DNA of 64,000 nucleotides, from NCBI RefSeq assembly GCF_021028975.2, contig NC_059439.1, forward strand, positions 20,770,001 through 20,834,000, written 5' to 3'. The position numbers and the translations under genes are program-made. This document shows, in pieces, positions 59,794 to 64,000 of this stretch (positions within the stretch are counted from its first letter, which is position 1; each line of letters starts with the position of its first letter). The DNA comes from Sphaerodactylus townsendi (taxonomy: Eukaryota). Under the pieces are notes generated by a model, which saw only the letters and a list, made by a program, of their open reading frames with translations, ran no database searches and was not told where the DNA came from.

Positions 59794-61329
59794 ATGTGCA
59801 TTGTAAGGACAAACTTCATTTTGTGGTTGGAGCTATTAGCGGTGTTGACACTTGGAGTGCTGTTTCCTACTCTATGCAAGAAACTTTCCACTAGCTGCAC
59901 TGTTCCTGAGGATCCTTTTCCTATTTCTCATGGATTTTATCAAGCTGGTGATCTTATCATTGGTGAAATGGTCAGACACATATTCTTCTTTCACTACTCT
60001 CCCTCATTTATGGAGCAGCCTGCACTGAAGCTGATTCATAAACATCTGTAAGGAATTGCTTCTTTTTTCCTGTAACATGTTTAGATCTATAATCCCAGGG
60101 AACAGACCTTATAGCAGTGATTCTCAACCTTCCTAATGCCGCGACCCTTTAATGCAGTTCCTCATGTTGTGGTGACCCCCCAACCCTAACATTTATCCAT
60201 GTTACAGATGGAGAACACTGATGCAGAGAGTCTTAGGCGACCCCTGTGAAAGGGTCGTTCGACCCCCAAAGAGGTCCCAACCCCCAGGTTGAGAACCACT
60301 GCTTTATAGCTATAGATCAATCTAGCACGCCATCTATTGTTGGTTTTTACAGTTTTAATATTGTTCTGTCCATTATTTTATTTTATTTCTGGTTTCTATG
60401 TTGTTGCCGCCCTGAGCCCTGTTGGGAAGGGAGGGATATAAACAAAAGTATAAAATAAAAATTGTAGTGTTGTTCTCCCTCAACACATTGTTGATATTGT
60501 GCCATCAGTGCATTGCAGCAGTTATTCAACCATTGGGGTCTTTTGTCCACACCGGAAAATCCAGTTGCAAATGATTGCTATAGTACTTCACTATGCATTT
60601 GAACATAATTTTGCAACCGTAACTGCTGTTTCACATGCAGAAATAAGGAAGTTAATCTTTTTACAGAATCAAGAAAAATATTAATTAATTAGAACAATTT
60701 ATGGAGGAAGAAAAGTCCTTTATATTATAACCAGAGATCGGTAAACAAAAATAGCAGATCTGTTGAGCGACACATATTTCTCACAAAACAATGATTCATT
60801 TAAAATGTAGCAAGTTAAATAATAAAATGCAAAATAACAACATTGTTTGTTAAGCCTAGCCGATCTTTCTCTGTCTTATCAAACAAGCAAGCACAAAGAA
60901 TCTTGCTACTTTGCATGTAATTTAATTGTGCATATCATCAAGGAGTAGCAATGAATAGAAATGGTCTGTTCCGTCTAGCTATTTCAGTAATATTGGAGAG
61001 ATTTATCAAATTCAGATGACCTGGTGGAAGGCAGTGTAGGAGCACATGCTCTGTGTTTTCTACTGCACCTGACTGGCATGTGCAAAAATGGAGTGCATAC
61101 AGGGTATGAATATATCTTCCTTAAAGGAGAGCTGATGAAAGTGCATTAAATCAAGCAAGAGAGAATGCTCTACAATATTTTGATATTTAAAGAATTGCTT
61201 CATAACTGTTTCATCAGCCCCTGCCAGCATGGCCAATTGGCCAGGGCCATGCTGGCAGGGGCTGATGGGAATTGTAGTTCATGAACATCTGGAGAGCCGC
61301 AGGTTGCAGACCCCTGTTCTAAAGGGCAT

Positions 61330-61422
<93 letters not shown>

Positions 61423-64000
61423 GGCTTAACAAGCAATATATATATATACTAGCAAGGTACCCATGCTTTGCTATGGAGATTATAAAAAAAGACCCCTCCC
61501 CTTCCCTCCCCTCCCTTGCATGCCACCCCTCACTCACTCCCCTTCCCTTGCATGCAAAAAAAAAAACCCTGAAACAACTGGAAAATACTAAAAATATGAA
61601 ACATACCTGATAAAAATTACCATTGAAGTTTGAAATGGCATGAATTCATAAAAATATACATACTGGAAAAATACCTCTCGGGTTCCAAAAGACGTCATTT
61701 GGAAGCATCCATTGTATTTCAGGGAAGCAGAAAGAAGGTGTTCTGCCATTGAATGCTGACGAGTGAGAAGGCTGTGAAGAGGTTCAGGGTAGGGTTGAAT
61801 GGCAGGGAGCTGAACTTTACCGCCACTGCAGCACATTCCTGGGGGCTCATCCCGCCACTTCAGAGCATGACACCAAGCACAGGGCAATCGAAGTCCGAGA
61901 TCAATAACCTTGTCTCCACAGTAATCAATGTGAGATCCGTATTCAAAACCCGACAAATATTTTTTAGTCCAAGGTGATAATTTGATTTGCAATCTTTTTT
62001 TATTGTATTTGGCTGTAGCGGTCTGGTTAACATGAGGGTTGTTAGAGAAATACTTTTTCACAGCCTGTCTATGAACTTCGGGGTGACATTCAGCATACCT
62101 CATCACAGCTTGTCTGTGAATTTTGGGGTGACATTCAGCATACTTCATCACAGCCTCTCTATTAACTTTGGGATGACATTCAGCATACCTCATCACAGCC
62201 TCTCTATTAACATCTGGGTTGTTTTTCACATATTTTGCAGCAGCTTCCTGTAGTTGTCTTTTTCTAATTGAATCTGTAAATCGCTTTCTGCATTTAATCC
62301 CTCTCCTCCCTTTAGCTGTTTCAACAGAAGGAACAGGTTCGTATGCGGTGAGGAGGTCAGTGGTAGAATCCAGTTGGGCCACCATTGGCCCAATTGTGCT
62401 TGTTGTTTGGTGGGCATTATCAGAACTTGTCGATTCGACACATGGAAGTAGAGCGTCAAAGTGCCCATTAAAATTTCCTGTGAAATGGATCATTTTTACT
62501 CCCCATACTGCATCCTTTAGCTTGGCAAGCAGGTTTTTAACTGTCACCTTTAGAACGTTCGTGCAGATGGCCAGAGTTCAACAGTAATGCAGATGGCCAG
62601 AGTTCAGCAGTAAACGTGTAATAACTCGAGTAAAACTGAACAGTTTGAAAAATCCTTTCTTAGTGAGCACCTAAACTACATAATGAACCAGTGTGCCAAA
62701 TTTCAACTTCGTAGGTTCGGAGGTTTGTGAGTTCTTTTGATGAATCAGTGAGTCAGTCAGTCAGTGGTATTTTGCATTTATAGATATAGATTGCTGGAGC
62801 AGAGTTTCTGTGTAAATTTCCTGCCACAAAAGTAGGATGAAGTGTGCTCTATCTATTTGTAGTGAGATATCACACAGTTTTTCTTTGATTATTGCTCTGG
62901 CCTGTTGAAGTTCAAGTTCAAATAGATCTGGCTGGAGAGACCAAGGGGAATCAACCCTTCTTCTATTTTCCTCTGCCAGCTTAAGTGGAACTTATCAGTG
63001 AAAATTAATGATGTTAGAGAAGAGGCTATATATCTTGGCACTTCATTATTTATTCTGTCTTCTCGATGTGTTTGTATTTATCATTCGTGGATTCCAGTTA
63101 TTCACCAACATTTGTTGTTCTTTCTTTATTAGAAAATTATAATGAAATTATTTTAAAAGATTTCCAGAGAATGTGAAAAAGATTAATTCACTGCTCATCT
63201 AAGAAAGGGGAAAATGAATTTTTGTTTAGTTTAACTAACCTATCGTTCTCATTGCAGTTCGTTAATAAAGCACTACCAGGATATTTTGGCCTTGGCATTT
63301 GCTGTAAAAGAGCTCAATGAAAATAACCAAATCTTACCAAATATCACTTTGGGTTTTCGCATACTCCTCAATGGTTACCATCTTGGAAGCATGACCTATA
63401 AGGCCACCCTGGATCTCTTCTCCAAGCACCACAGATATATCCCCAATTTTCAATGTGATATTCAGAAAAATCTTATATCTGTCATTGGAGCTCGGGTCAC
63501 CGAAACTTCTGCCAATATGGCTACCATCTTAGCCAGCTATAAGATGCCACAGGTAGGCCAGGGGCATGGGCTTGTTGAGGTTTCAGAACTGATGCATACA
63601 GTTTCACAGTGCCTTTCAGCTTGCTTGAAAAATCCCCATATATTTTTTTCAGTTCACCTACGGATCCGCTTCTCCTGTGCAAAAGGACAAAACGCTGTTT
63701 CCTTACATGTATAAAATGGTCCCAGATGACATCTTTCAGTACATGGGGGTCGCCTGGTTACTTCATCACTTTAATTGGACATGGATAGGCCTCTTTGCTG
63801 TGGATGATGAGAATGGGGATAGGTTTTTGCAGTTACTGATGCCCCTACTTTACCAGAATATAATCTGTTTTGACTTCACAGTAAGAATCCCAAAGCAGAC
63901 GGATACAGATGATTTGTTAGAAAGGATGTCAGAATTCCTTGACAAATATCCAGTTCTTGTGAATAGCAAAGCCAATGTATATGTTGCGTATGGAACTCCT
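59794..64000 (+). CDS. V2R-D, vomeronasal type-2 receptor, partial (runs off window): join(59794..60047,63258..63552,63653..>64000)
   Basis: Close paralog of V2R-C; exons of 254 and 295 nt plus the first 348 nt of exon 3, all in open frame with GT-AG sites. Confidence 0.9.
60115..60301 (-). mobile_element. SPIN/URR1-type hAT MITE, second copy
   Basis: Reverse complement of the same family; 8-bp TSD ccttatag/ctttatag; empty site at ~45944 in V2R-C. Confidence 0.85.
61333..61420. repeat. (GACA)n microsatellite
   Basis: About 22 units. Confidence 0.97.
61588..62547 (-). pseudogene. Truncated Helitron RepHel N-terminus (zinc-finger region), 319-codon ORF
   Basis: CAWCHALKWRDEPPGMCCSGGKVQLP..PEPLHSLL..KYNGCFQMTSFG matches the RepHel N-terminal CxxC..CCxxGK and YN..FQMTS motifs; Rep and helicase domains are missing. 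Confidence 0.85.
62060..62215. repeat. 45-bp coding tandem repeat (15-aa unit VNREAVMRYAECHPK), ~3.5 copies, inside the Helitron ORF
   Basis: acagcc...gtgacattcagcatacctcatc repeated with 45-nt period. Confidence 0.9.

Larger units (their letters stand above)
61449..62790 (-). mobile_element. Helitron, internally deleted (~1.34 kb), in intron 1 of V2R-D
   Basis: On - strand begins TC (TCTATATCTATAAATG) after host A and ends CTAG before host T. Subterminal hairpin ccatagcaaagcatgg; no TSD; absent at the paralogous site in V2R-C (~46695). Confidence 0.9.
41745..64000 (+). repeat. Tandem segmental duplication: unit 1 from ~41745 (V2R-C), unit 2 from ~53942 (V2R-D)
   Basis: Colinear high identity of intergenic, intronic and exonic sequence; offset grows from ~12.2 kb to 15.3 kb through copy-specific TE insertions. 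Confidence 0.92.

Overview
Eukaryotic genomic DNA from a squamate reptile, probably a gecko (inferred from its SINE/CR1 families), with four N-gaps. It is a chemosensory receptor cluster. There are three complete six-coding-exon vomeronasal type-2 receptor (V2R, class C GPCR) genes: A on -, B and C on +. All three splice into uninterrupted frames. The first three exons of a fourth gene (D) follow; D is a recent tandem duplicate of C. Two intact single-coding-exon olfactory receptor genes (family-10-like) sit inside the cluster between V2R-A and V2R-B, each with a paralogous upstream non-coding exon/promoter block. V2R debris includes a dead duplicate exon 2 and two orphan exon-3 fragments. A ~250-bp TATA-containing block recurs five times upstream of V2Rs. 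Transposable elements are abundant: tRNA- and 5S-derived SINEs, CR1, L1, L2, RTE, Rex1/Babar, Penelope, hAT (including SPIN/URR1-type MITEs), Harbinger-like and Tc1/mariner MITEs, and an internally deleted Helitron with intact termini and a RepHel N-terminal ORF. I see no convincing wholly new biological system. The most interesting items are the OR/V2R interdigitation with a head-to-head pair, the doubled V2R promoter architecture, the Helitron, the SPIN insertions with reciprocal empty sites, and a decayed hammerhead motif. TE family names come from recalled consensus features, not database searches.
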